A stretch of DNA of 64,000 bases from an uncultured Actinomycetes bacterium (GTDB lineage Bacteria; Actinomycetota; Acidimicrobiia; IMCC26256; PALSA-610), in the NCBI GenBank assembly GCA_963841195.1, contig CAWJBX010000009.1, forward strand, positions 94,998-158,997, read 5' to 3'. Below are positions 41,837-51,938 of this stretch, piece by piece. Both the position numbers and the translations under genes were made by a program. Below the pieces are notes generated by a model. That model made no database searches. It saw only the letters and a program-made list of their open reading frames with translations, and was not told the origin of the DNA. Position 1 is the stretch's first letter; each line of letters opens with the position of its first letter.

Positions 41837-42130
41837 GTGCGCGTGCCCATGTACGCAATGCTCTCGACGCTCGGTCCGGACGGTTGGGAAACGCTGCGCC
41901 AGAACCCGGAGCGGATCACGCAAGTGCGGAGCGAAGTGGAAGCGCTCGGCCTCAAGGTGCACGCGCAGTACGCGCTGATGGGCCAGTACGACTTCTTGAA
42001 TCTCATCGAAGCGCCCGACGAGAAGACGATGGCGAAGGCCGCGATCATGCTGGCGGCGCGCGGCACCATGCGCACCACGACGCTGCCCGCGATCCCGGTC
42101 GAACAGCTGATCGAACAGCTACGCGACTAG
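41837..42130 (+). CDS. GYD-domain protein
   Basis: PMYAMLSTLGPDGWETL...ALMGQYDFLNLIEAPDEKTMAKAAIMLAARG. Confidence 0.6.
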   Translation: MRVPMYAMLSTLGPDGWETLRQNPERITQVRSEVEALGLKVHAQYALMGQYDFLNLIEAPDEKTMAKAAIMLAARGTMRTTTLPAIPVEQLIEQLRD

Positions 42131-42327
42131 ATCCACCAGGTGCTGCGCCGGCGTTCCTCACGGAGGTCGTCTTCGGCGAAGGCAACGGGAAGGATCGAAC
42201 CGTCGGAGCGGCGGCGGACCTTGTAAACGGCCACGTTGTTGGCCATTTCCCGCTCGGCGATTTCGAATCCGCGCGACCAATGAGACTCGAATCGCGATCG
42301 CACTTCGACGCGTGTTCCAGGTCTCAC
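42127..42327 (-). CDS. Small hypothetical protein (66 aa); weak call
   Basis: ORF only; fills an otherwise empty 290-bp gap. Confidence 0.25.
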   Translation of the reverse strand: MRPGTRVEVRSRFESHWSRGFEIAEREMANNVAVYKVRRRSDGSILPVAFAEDDLREERRRSTWWI

Positions 42328-42419
42328 GGCGACAATCGTACGTCCGCTGGCAAGGCGCGACTCCCGCGAGCAACCGCTCGCGACAACTAGCTTTCATACC
42401 CGTGCCGACACGGACTCCG

Positions 42420-43096
42420 TACCCCACGCTGCGTGTCGAACGGCGGTGTTGGGAAGCGGGCGACGAGATCGTTGTCGGGATCGACGAAGTCGGTCGCGGT
42501 TCGTGGGCAGGGCCGGTAACGGTCGCTGCAGTTGTTCCTGGTGAACAGCACCTGCCGGGTATTCGCGATTCGAAACTGTTGACACCACAAGAACGTGAAG
42601 TTGCGGCCGCGAAGGTTCGGGGCTGGGCACGCGCGTACGGTGTCGGGCACGCGTCGCACGAAGAGTGCGACGTGCTCGGTATGACCGAGGCGTTGCGGCG
42701 CGCCGCGAGCGCGCGCTCGCGCAGCTTGGCGATCAGGGTTTTCAACCCGACCGCATCGTGCTCGACGGCAAGTTCGACTATCTCGCGATGCCCGGCGTCG
42801 TCCGCACGATCATCAAGGCCGACCAAACAGTGCTCTCCGTGGCCGCGGCATCGGTCGTCGCCAAGACGATTCGCGACGCCATGATGGCCGAAGAGGCCGA
42901 GCACTACCCGGCGTACGGCTTCGAATCGAACCGCGGCTATCCCGCGCCCGTGCACAAATGCGCGCTCGCCGGCTACGGCCCGTCGGCAATCCACCGGCGC
43001 TCGTGGATCTTCATGGACTACTGCCTCTGGGGCGGCATCGAACGCTTCGACCGGCAGCCAACGCTGTTTCCGCCCGGCCCGAGGTTGCCTGCATGA
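42420..43096 (+). pseudogene. rnhB: Ribonuclease HII, one frameshift near 42690; start approximate
   Basis: VVGIDEVGRGSWAGPVTVAAVV...GIRDSKLLTPQEREVAAAKVRGWA then ...[67 protein letters not shown]. Confidence 0.75.
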
Positions 43097-44684
43097 CTGC
43101 CGCCACCGACGCACTTGCCGCCCACGCCGACAACGATGCGCGCCCAAACGTTGCGCGAGCTCTTCGCGTCCGATCCGCAACGGGGTGAGCGTCTGCATCT
43201 CGAAGCGGCCGGTTGGTACTTCGACTATGCGAAGCACCGCGTCGCCGACGAAACGCTTTCACTGTTGCGCGCGCTCGCCGACGAGCGCGGCTTGCGTGCC
43301 CGCATCGACGCGATGTTCCGCGGCGATCACATCAACGTCACCGAAGACCGCTCGGTGTTGCACGTCGCCTTGCGCATGCCGGCCAGTGCGTCGCTCGTCG
43401 TCGACGGTGTCGACGTCGTCGCCGAAGTGCAACATGTGCTCACGCAGATGTCGACGTTCAGCGACGCGGTACGCAGCGGCGCGTGGACCGGACACACGGG
43501 CCGGCGCGATCCGCAACGTCGTGAACATCGGGATCGGTGGGAGCGATCTCGGCCCGTCGATGGCCTACGACGCGTTGCGCGCGTACAGCCGGCGCGACAT
43601 GGAGTTCCGCTTCGTGTCGAACGTCGACGGCACCGATCTCGTCGAAGCGGTGCGCGGGTTCGACGCGGCCGAGACGTTGTTCGTGATCTCGTCGAAGACG
43701 TTCACGACGTTGGAGACGTTGACGAACGCGCGCTCTGCTCGCGACTGGGTGTTGGGTGCGCTCGGCGGTGACGAGTCGGCGGTCGCGAAACACTTCGTCG
43801 CGGTGTCGACAAACGCGGAAAAGGTCGCCGAGTTCGGCATCGACACGAAGAACATGTTCGCGTTCTGGGATTGGGTCGGCGGCCGGTACTCGATGTGGTC
43901 GGCGATCGGGTTGTCGTTGATGATCGCAATCGGCCCCGACGCGTTCCGCGAATTCCTCGCCGGCGCGCACGCGACCGACGAGCACTTCCGCACCGCGCCG
44001 TTCGAGTCGAACATTCCGGTGACGATGGGCCTGCTCGCGTATTGGTATCGCGAGTATCTCGACGCGCAGACGCAGGCGGTCGTGCCGTACGCGCACGCGC
44101 TCGGGAAGTTGCCGTCGTACTTGCAACAGCTCGAGATGGAGAGCAACGGGAAGCGCGTGCAGGCCGACGGCACGCCGGTTTCCGGAAAGACGGGCGAGAT
44201 CGTGTGGGGCACGCCCGGCACGAACGGCCAGCACGCGTACTTTCAACTGCTGCACCAAGGCACGACGCTCGTGCCGATCGATTTCGTCGGCTTCGACCAC
44301 GCCCAGCCCGGCGACGAGCTCGGCAATCATCAAGATCTGCTCGTTGCGAATCTGCTCGCGCAAGCGGAAGCCCTCGCGTTCGGCACGAACGATCCCGCGT
44401 TGCCGCCGTGGCGCGTGATGCCGGGGAATCGACCGTCGTCGGTGTTCTTCACGTCGCAGTGCACGCCGTTTGCGTTGGGCGCGCTCGTCGCGATGTACGA
44501 GCACAAGGTCTTCACGCTCGGGACGCTGTGGGGGATCGATTCGTTCGACCAATGGGGCGTCGAGTTGGGCAAGGTGCTCGCGGGCCACATTGCGGCCGAG
44601 GTGGCGCCGGGGGCGGGCGGCGAGCTCACGCACGATTCCTCGACGAATGCCCTGATCCGGCGCTACCGCGGGCGCTCGTCCTAG
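43094..44684 (+). pseudogene. pgi: Glucose-6-phosphate isomerase, 2 frameshifts (near 43135 and near 43500)
   Basis: [12 protein letters not shown] / [33 protein letters not shown]...WTGHTG / [17 protein letters not shown]...[25 protein letters not shown]...[12 protein letters not shown]...*. ATGA overlap with rnhB. Confidence 0.85.
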
Positions 44685-44746
44685 TCTCTGGTTCTGCCGT
44701 GCGGACGCAGCGGAGCCACGGACGGCGCAGCGAGGGAGCCAGAGTT

Positions 44747-45100
44747 ATGGGTCAGCCGATCACGGTCACGATGCGGACGGGCGGACGCCCCGACATCCGG
44801 TTCTTCGAGTGCAACCGCTCGATCACCGGGATGGCGATCGAGGTGTACCCGGCGGCCGCCGCAGCCGTTGGCGATCGCCCGCCCGACGTGCTCGCCCGTC
44901 GTCTTTTCGAAGCCGGCGCCACGAAGGTGACGGTCTATTCGAACGTGGTGACGGTCGAAGCGCCGGCCGCGACGTGGAGCGGCGGCCTCGAAGACAAGGC
45001 GACGTATCTGATCGAGCACCTCTTCGAGTTCTACGGCGACGACGCGGGCTGGTCCTTCGAAGCGCGCGGCGTCGAACCGCAGGAGTCGAAGGTCCAATAG
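44747..45100 (+). CDS. Hypothetical protein, possibly Nfu/NifU N-terminal-domain-like
   Basis: 118 aa; weak resemblance only. Confidence 0.4.
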   Translation: MGQPITVTMRTGGRPDIRFFECNRSITGMAIEVYPAAAAAVGDRPPDVLARRLFEAGATKVTVYSNVVTVEAPAATWSGGLEDKATYLIEHLFEFYGDDAGWSFEARGVEPQESKVQ

Positions 45101-45182
45101 TCCGCCATCTGATGGGTGAGTGAGGTCCGCATAGCGAACCTTTCGACACCATCTGATGGGTGAGTTTCGGTCGGTTGCTTGA

Positions 45183-45198
45183 TCGAACAGGTGTTCGA
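45183..45198. promoter_or_regulatory. Actinobacterial LexA (SOS) box TCGAACaggtGTTCGA, 13 bp upstream of imuA'
   Basis: Perfect match to the TCGAAC-N4-GTTCGA consensus, seen directly; overlaps a GATAAG -10-like hexamer. Confidence 0.65.
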
Positions 45199-45210
45199 TA
45201 AGGTCGGGAG

Positions 45211-45885
45211 ATGGCAGCCGTCGTGGCGCCCACGCTTCCCCCCAAAACCCTTCCCAGAAGAGATCTCGAGGCCCGCGCCCATTTGTACGCGGCGGCGACC
45301 AAAGCATCGTCGCCGGTACTCGCGCGCGACCGCCTGCTCGCGGTTGCCGGCCCGATCGGCGAATTGCTCCCAGCCGGAGGTGTTCGACGCGGCGTCACCG
45401 TCGCGCTCGACGGCCCGCTCGGCGCGGGGTCGACGACCGTTTCCTGTGCGCTTGCCGCGGCTGCCACCTCCGCGGGCGAGTGGGCCGCGGTCGTCGACCC
45501 CGACAGCACGTTCGGTGCCCGCGCCGCGGTCGGCGCGGGTGTCGCGCTCGAACGGTGCGCGATCGTTCGCAACGTTCCGGCCGATCGCTGGTCGACGGTT
45601 GTCGCGGCGTTGCTCGAAGGGACGACGGTCGTGGTCGCGAACACGGGCGCGGTCCGGCCGCGTCCCGGTGATGCGCGCCGGCTCATTGCCAAAGCGCGCG
45701 AACGGGCAAGCGTTCTCGTCGTCGTCGGTGCGTGGCCCGTCGAAGCGGCGATCCGTTTGCACGCGCGCGGCGGAACGTGGCGGGGACTCGAAAACGGCAC
45801 CGGTTTGCTCGACAGCCGTGAACTCGACGTGCACATAGAAGCGAAGGAACGCCATGACGCGCACCGGGTGCGTTTGGTGTCCTGA
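45211..45885 (+). CDS. ImuA'-like RecA-fold protein (first gene of the imuA'-imuB-dnaE2 mutasome cassette)
   Basis: 224 aa with degenerate P-loop-like VALDGPLGAGSTTVSCALAAAA...VVDPDSTFG; position and SOS box match the known cassette. Confidence 0.6.
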   Translation: MAAVVAPTLPPKTLPRRDLEARAHLYAAATKASSPVLARDRLLAVAGPIGELLPAGGVRRGVTVALDGPLGAGSTTVSCALAAAATSAGEWAAVVDPDSTFGARAAVGAGVALERCAIVRNVPADRWSTVVAALLEGTTVVVANTGAVRPRPGDARRLIAKARERASVLVVVGAWPVEAAIRLHARGGTWRGLENGTGLLDSRELDVHIEAKERHDAHRVRLVS

Positions 45886-47392
45886 CTGGCCGGTCGTCGC
45901 GGCCCGCCGGCGCGATGAGCGCTTGCGAAACGTTGCGATTGTCGTGCGCGAACGTGTCGGGAGCCGTGATCTCGTGCGTTCGGCGTCGGCCGAAGCGCGC
46001 GCCGACGGTGTGGCACGCGGCATGGCACGCCGTGAAGCCGAAGCGCGCTGCCCGGGTGTCATCTGTGTCGACGCCGACGAAGCGAACGAAGCGCGCGTGT
46101 TCGAAGTCGTTGCCCGCGCCGTCGAACGGTTCACGCCGCGCGTCGTGCTCGACCGGCCCGGTCGCTGCGAGTTCCCGACGCGCGGTCCTGCTCGCTATTT
46201 CGGTGGCGACGATGCGCTCGCCGATTTGATACGTATCGCGGTTCGCGACGAACTCGGTGAAGACGGTGCCGATGTTCGGGTCGGTATTGCCGACGGTGTG
46301 TTCACGGCCCGGCTTGCGGCCCGGCATCAAGCGATCGTGCCCAAGGGTGCGTCGGCGGAGTTCCTCGCGCCGTGGCCGGTGTCGACGTTGGGCGACGACG
46401 ATCTCGCAAGCCTGCTCGTGCGGCTCGGTTTGCCGACGCTCGGCGCCGTCGCCGCACTCCCGCCCGATGCGGTGCTCGCCCGGTTCGGCACGGAAGGCCG
46501 TCGCTTCCACGATCTCGCACGCGGTATCGACCCGGGGCCGCCGGTCTTGGTGTCGCCGCCGCCCGATCTCGTCGAACAGACCGAACTGGATCCGCCCGCC
46601 GAACGCGTCGACCAGGCCGCGTTTGCGGCGAAAGAGTTGGCCGACCGGTTGTGCGCGCGGCTGGCTGAGCGCGGACTCGGCTGTACGCGCGTGATGATCG
46701 AAGCCGAGACCGAACACGGTGAACGGCTCACGCGCTGTTGGCGCCACGACAACGCGTTGACGCCGGGCGCGCTCGCCGAGCGTGTGCGTTGGCAACTCGA
46801 CGGTTGGGTGAGCACGGGTGCGACCAGTGCGGGTGTTGCGGTACTGAAGTTGGTCCCCGACGAAGTCGTTCCAGCCGACGGCCGTCAACTCGGGTTCTGG
46901 GGTGGCGACCAAGCCGCGCACGAACGCGCCGACCGCGCGCTGGCACGTGTCCAAGGGATGCTCGGTTACGACGCGGTCGTGACAGCCGTTGTGCAAGGCG
47001 GGCGCACGCCGGTCGAACAAGTGCGGTTCGTGCCGTGGGGTGAGCCGCGCGAAGAACAATTGCCGTTGGATGCGGCGTGGCCGGGCGCGCTCCCGGCGCC
47101 GTTTCCAACGCGCGTTTTCGATCCGCCGGTCGCGGCCGAACTGCTCGACGCGAACGGTGAACCGGTTGCGATCACGGGCCGCGGTGAGCAACGCAACGCA
47201 CCCGCGTATGTGCGCAGCAAGGTGGTGGCGGGTGCGGTCACCGGCTGGGCCGGCCCCTGGGCGCACGACGTTCGTTGGTGGGATCACCGCGCCCGTCGGC
47301 GTTGCGTGCGTTACCAGTTGCTTGTCGACGATGTCGCGTGCATTGCCGTCGTCGCCAACGGCACGGCCGCGATCGAAGCGATTTACGACTGA
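45854..47392 (+). CDS. imuB: ImuB (Y-family-polymerase-like protein lacking catalytic acidic residues)
   Basis: MTRTGCVWCPDWPVVAA...; Y-family fold similarity (VICVDADEA.., RFTPRVVLDRPG.. FPTRGPARYFGGDDA); intact 512 aa. Confidence 0.75.
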   Translation: MTRTGCVWCPDWPVVAARRRDERLRNVAIVVRERVGSRDLVRSASAEARADGVARGMARREAEARCPGVICVDADEANEARVFEVVARAVERFTPRVVLDRPGRCEFPTRGPARYFGGDDALADLIRIAVRDELGEDGADVRVGIADGVFTARLAARHQAIVPKGASAEFLAPWPVSTLGDDDLASLLVRLGLPTLGAVAALPPDAVLARFGTEGRRFHDLARGIDPGPPVLVSPPPDLVEQTELDPPAERVDQAAFAAKELADRLCARLAERGLGCTRVMIEAETEHGERLTRCWRHDNALTPGALAERVRWQLDGWVSTGATSAGVAVLKLVPDEVVPADGRQLGFWGGDQAAHERADRALARVQGMLGYDAVVTAVVQGGRTPVEQVRFVPWGEPREEQLPLDAAWPGALPAPFPTRVFDPPVAAELLDANGEPVAITGRGEQRNAPAYVRSKVVAGAVTGWAGPWAHDVRWWDHRARRRCVRYQLLVDDVACIAVVANGTAAIEAIYD

Positions 47393-47526
47393 CCAATTCC
47401 GTGTTCTTGCGGCATTTCACGACCATATTGGGCGCCGTTTGCCGCAAGAACCCCTGGGTTCCCCCCTCGACAGACGAACGTATGTTCGTATACGGTCGAT
47501 CTCCCGACGGAGTGGGGGACCGACTG

Positions 47527-50500
47527 TGTACGCGGAGTTGCACTGTCATTCGAATTTTTCGTTCCTCGACGGGGCGAGCCATCCCGAAGAGTTGGTCGAG
47601 GAAGCCGCGCGCCTCGGACTGCACGCGCTCGCGCTCACCGATCACGACGGCTTCTACGGCAGCGTGCGTTTTGCCGAAGCCGCGCGCCCACTGAACCTGC
47701 CGACGATCTTCGGCGCCGAGATGACACTCGGCGCACGCGAACCACCCAACGGTATGGCGGATCCGCCCGGTGAGCATGTGCTCGTGCTCGCACAAGGAAC
47801 CGTCGGGTACGCCCGCCTCGCCAGAGCCATCAGCGAAGCGCAGTTGGCGGGGGAGAAGGGCGCGCCGCGCGCAACGCTCGAACAACTCGCGAACGCGGCA
47901 CGCGCATCCGTGCACGGTCACGCGCAAAGCGAACACAACGATGCGTGGTTCGTCACGACCGGTTGCCGCAAAGGGACAGTGCCGCGCGCCCTCGCCGACG
48001 ACGGGCCCAAAGCGGCCGAGCGGGCGCTCCACGAACTCGTCGACGCCTTCGGACGCGAGCGCGTCCTCGTCGAACTCTGGGACCACGGCGATCCGCTCGA
48101 CCGTCATCGCAACGACGCGCTCGTGCAGTGCGCGCTGCGAGTCGGCGTCGAGATGATCGCGACGAACAACGTCCACTACGCCACGCCCGCGCGCCGCCCG
48201 CTTGCCAACGCGTTGGCCGCGGTAAGAGCACGCCGATCGCTTGACGAGATCGACGGCTGGTTGCCGGCCGCCGCCTTTGCTCATCTGCGCAGTCCGGCCG
48301 AACAAGCGCGCCGCTTCGCGCGCTGGCCGGGTGCGGTGGAACGCACGGTCGAGATCGCCGATGTGTGCGCGTTCGACCTGAAGCTGGCGGCGCCGCAGCT
48401 GCCCGACTATCCGGTGCCGGTCGGGCACGACGAGATGTCGTGGCTGCGCGAGCTCGTGCGGCGCGGCGCGGCCGTCTTCTATCCGTCGTCGCATCCGCAA
48501 TATGCGCAAGCGATGCGGCAGATCGAATACGAGCTCGGCGTGATCGAACAGCTCGGTTTCCCCGGCTACTTCTTGTTGTTGCACGACATCGTCGAGTTCT
48601 GTCGCCGCAGCGATATCTACTGTCAAGGGCGGGGGAGTGCGGCGAACAGCGCGGTGTGTTACGCGCTCGGTGTCACGAAAGCCGATGCGGTCGCGCTCGG
48701 CTTGTTGTTCGAACGTTTCCTTTCGCCCGAACGCGACGGTCCGCCCGACATCGATCTCGACATCGAACATCAACGCCGCGAAGAAGTGATCCAGTACGTG
48801 TACGAGCGCTACGGGCGCGATCGCGCCGCGCAGGTTGCCAATGTGGTCACGTACCGGCCGAAGAGCGCGTTGCGCGAGATGGCGAAAGCAACCGGGATTC
48901 CGCCCGGTCAGGCCGACGCGCTCGGCAAGTGGGTCGATCGTTGGGCGGCCGGCCCCGAAGCCTTCGCCGAACTCGCTCCCGACGACGTTGCGTCCCAAAA
49001 GCGTCTGGCAGACGCCTCAGGGACGCATCGTCAGTCAGCGCGATATGAGCGCCGTTTCGAACGGACGCAAAACGATCGCATGCGCGACGGCGTGCCGATC
49101 GACGGCCCGGACGCGACGACGCGTCCGCCTGCAATCCCGCCGCTCGCGCTCCAACTCGCGAGTGAGGTGCTCGACTTCCCGCGCCACCTCGGGATCCATT
49201 CGGGCGGGATGGTGATGGCCGACCGTCCGCTCGTCGAGTTCTGCCCGGTCGAGTGGGCGCGCATGGAAGGCCGTTCGGTCCTCCAGTGGGACAAGGACGA
49301 TTGCGCGGCCGCCGGTCTCGTGAAGTTCGACCTGCTCGGGCTGGGCATGCTGACGATGTTGCATCTCGCGGTCGACACGGTGCGCGGCCAAGGCGTCGAG
49401 ATCGACCTGGCGACGATCCCCCAAGAAGACGAGGTCTACGACCTGTTGTGCGCGGCCGACACCGTGGGCGTGTTCCAAGTCGAAAGTCGCGCCCAGATGG
49501 CGACGCTGCCGCGCTTGCGTCCGAGAACGTTCTACGACCTCGTTGTCGAAGTTGCGTTGATCCGCCCCGGCCCGATCCAAGGCGGATCGGTGCACCCGTA
49601 CCTCAGGCGGCGCAACGGCGAAGAAGAAGTCACGTACATCCATCCGTTGACGAAGCCGTGCCTCGAAAAGACGTTGGGTGTGCCGCTGTTCCAAGAACAG
49701 CTCATGCAACTCGCGGTCGACTGTGCGGGCTTCAGCGCGGCCGAAGCCGACCAACTCCGCCAAGCGATGGGTTCGAAGCGATCGCAGGCCCGCATGGCGC
49801 GGATGCGCGAACGGCTGATGGAAGGCATGGCCGAGCGCGGCATTACCGGCGACACCGCCGAACAGATCTACACGAAGCTCGAAGCGTTCTCGGCGTTCGG
49901 CTTCCCCGAAAGCCACTCGGTGAGCTTCGCCTATCTCGTGTACGCGAGTTCGTGGATCAAGTACCACTATCCGGCCGAGTTCGCGGCGTCGCTGCTCAAC
50001 GCGCAACCGATGGGGTTCTATTCGCCGCACACGATCGTGCGCGACGCGCGCCGCCACGGTGTGCACGTGCTCGGCCCCGATCTCAACGCGTCGACGCCGC
50101 GACGCCACACTCGAGCCGCGCCCGCTCGACGTCGAGCCGATCGGCCGGCCCTTGCGCGGGTTCCACGCCGATCCTTCGCACTTGGCGATCCGTCTCGGTC
50201 TGCGATCGGTACGAGGGCTCCACGACGCGTTGCTCGATCGCGTCGACGATGAACGCGCCGACCACGTTTTCACCGATCTCGAAGATTTCGTGCGCCGCAC
50301 GGGCGCGACCGTCGACCAAGTCGAAGCGTTGGCAACGGCCGGCGCGTTCGAACAATGCTTCGGTCAGTCGCGCCGGGCTGCGCTGTGGGCCGCGGGCGCG
50401 CTCGGTACGGCCCGCCCGAACGCGCGTCAGGACGGCACGGTTGTCGAGACGTTGCCCGGTGTCGTCACGGGCACCGACGCGCCGCCGCTGCCGGGCATGA

Positions 50501-50916
50501 CAGAAATGGAGACCGTGCACGCCGACTTGTGGGCGATGGGCATCTCGGTTGGTCGGCATCCGACGGAGTTCGTGCGGGCCGAACTGCAACGCCAAGGTGT
50601 TGTCACGAGCGCCGATCTCCGGGACATTCCCGACCGCACCGTGGTCGAGGTCGCCGGTGTCGTCACACACCGCCAGCAACCGGCAACCGCCAAGGGCACC
50701 GTGTTCTTGAACCTCGAAGACGAAACCGGTCTCGTGAACGTGATCTGTTCCAAAGGCGTATGGAAACGCTTCCGCACTGTTGCACGCGGCGCGCCCGCGT
50801 TACGCGTGCGCGGTGTGCTCGAAAAGCATCAAGGCGTCACGAATTTGGTCGCGGGGCGGATAACGCGCCTGCCGATCAGCTTGGCCGACGCGCTCCGCTC
50901 CCGCGACTTTCATTGA
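47527..50916 (+). pseudogene. dnaE2: Error-prone DNA polymerase III alpha subunit DnaE2 (one frameshift near 50090)
   Basis: VYAELHCHSNFSFLDGASHPEELVEEAARLGLHALALTDHDGFYG (PHP domain) through PolIIIA core (DIDLDIEHQRREEVIQYVYERYG, GIHSGGMVMADRPLVEF) to the OB-fold tail in the frame of 50059..50916. Confidence 0.85.
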
Positions 50917-51793
50917 CGCGCCGGCGTGCCCCCGCCACGAGAGCAATACCGGCGAACAGGCTGATGAGGCCGATCGGAAGCGCCCCGGCGCCGCCCCCGG
51001 TGAACGGAAGCGATGAGGTCGTTGTCGATGTCGGCGGGACGGTCGAACCGAGCGGCGCGAGCGTGCTCGAAGACGAACTTGTGGGATTGCTCGTCGACGT
51101 TGACGACGACGAGGTCGAAGCAAAGATCGTCGACGGTGAGATCTCGATGCTCGTTGTCGACGTGCTCGTCGTCGACTGATCGAACTCGAACGTCGTCTCG
51201 GTCGTCGATGTCGAAGTACTCGTGCTCGTACTGGTCGACGTCGACGTACTTGACGTTGACGTGCTCGATGTCGAAGACGACGACGATGACGGACCGGTCG
51301 AGGTTGTGGTCGTCGCACCGCTTTCGCACGCGCAGAACTGTTTCGACGTCATCTGCACCGGCGCGTTCCCGTGCGGTGACGACATGAACTGTGCGAAGTG
51401 GGGCCCGGCCCATTTCACGCCTTGCAGCGTCACGAAGATCTCTTGGCCGGGTGCGAGCGCATACGTCGTGTGGACGGGGCTTCCCGGTTCGTCTTTGACG
51501 ATGAATGGAATCGCGGGCGCGCTGAGCTTGTCGCCTTGTGTGATCCAGAACGTGATCGTCGTCGGTCCGAGTTGTTTGTCGTTCGGATCGGAATGGTTGG
51601 TCCAGTTGAAGACGTCGAAGTCTGGGTTCGTCGCCTTGGGCGGACACAACTTGATCAAGTGAATGCGAGAACGGCCGGGCGGTGGGCTCGCGTCGGCAAT
51701 GCCGGCGAGGGAGAACACAGCAACGACGACCACTGCGCCCGTCAGCACAGCCGCGAGAACGCGACGACGGGCAAGCCCCTTCTGCCCCAACAT
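50876..51793 (-). CDS. LPXTG (LPFTG) cell-wall-anchored Ser/Thr-rich surface protein, family B (about 110-aa KLC...CxC N-domain)
   Basis: Signal peptide MLGQKGLARRRVLAAVLTGAVVVVAVFSLAGIADA; TS-rich linker including ETTFEF; C-terminal LPFTGGGAG plus hydrophobic stretch plus ARRR. Confidence 0.7.
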   Translation of the reverse strand: MLGQKGLARRRVLAAVLTGAVVVVAVFSLAGIADASPPPGRSRIHLIKLCPPKATNPDFDVFNWTNHSDPNDKQLGPTTITFWITQGDKLSAPAIPFIVKDEPGSPVHTTYALAPGQEIFVTLQGVKWAGPHFAQFMSSPHGNAPVQMTSKQFCACESGATTTTSTGPSSSSSSTSSTSTSSTSTSTSTSTSTSTSTTETTFEFDQSTTSTSTTSIEISPSTIFASTSSSSTSTSNPTSSSSSTLAPLGSTVPPTSTTTSSLPFTGGGAGALPIGLISLFAGIALVAGARRRVNESRGSGARRPS

Positions 51794-51880
51794 TCTTTGC
51801 CCCTCTACTTCAGCCCCGCAATCGGCAGCATGCCAGATCGCGAACGCAAAGCGGCGCAACGTCGAAGGGAATTTGCAATT

Positions 51881-51917
51881 GACTGCGCCCCTGGCAAATC
51901 AAACCAGGGGCGCAGTC
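51881..51917 (-). terminator. 14-bp perfect GC-rich hairpin between the two LPXTG genes (terminator or processing site candidate)
   Basis: GACTGCGCCCCTGG-caaatcaaa-CCAGGGGCGCAGTC. Confidence 0.4.
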
Positions 51918-51938
51918 ACACGTGCGACGGATTCGGCG

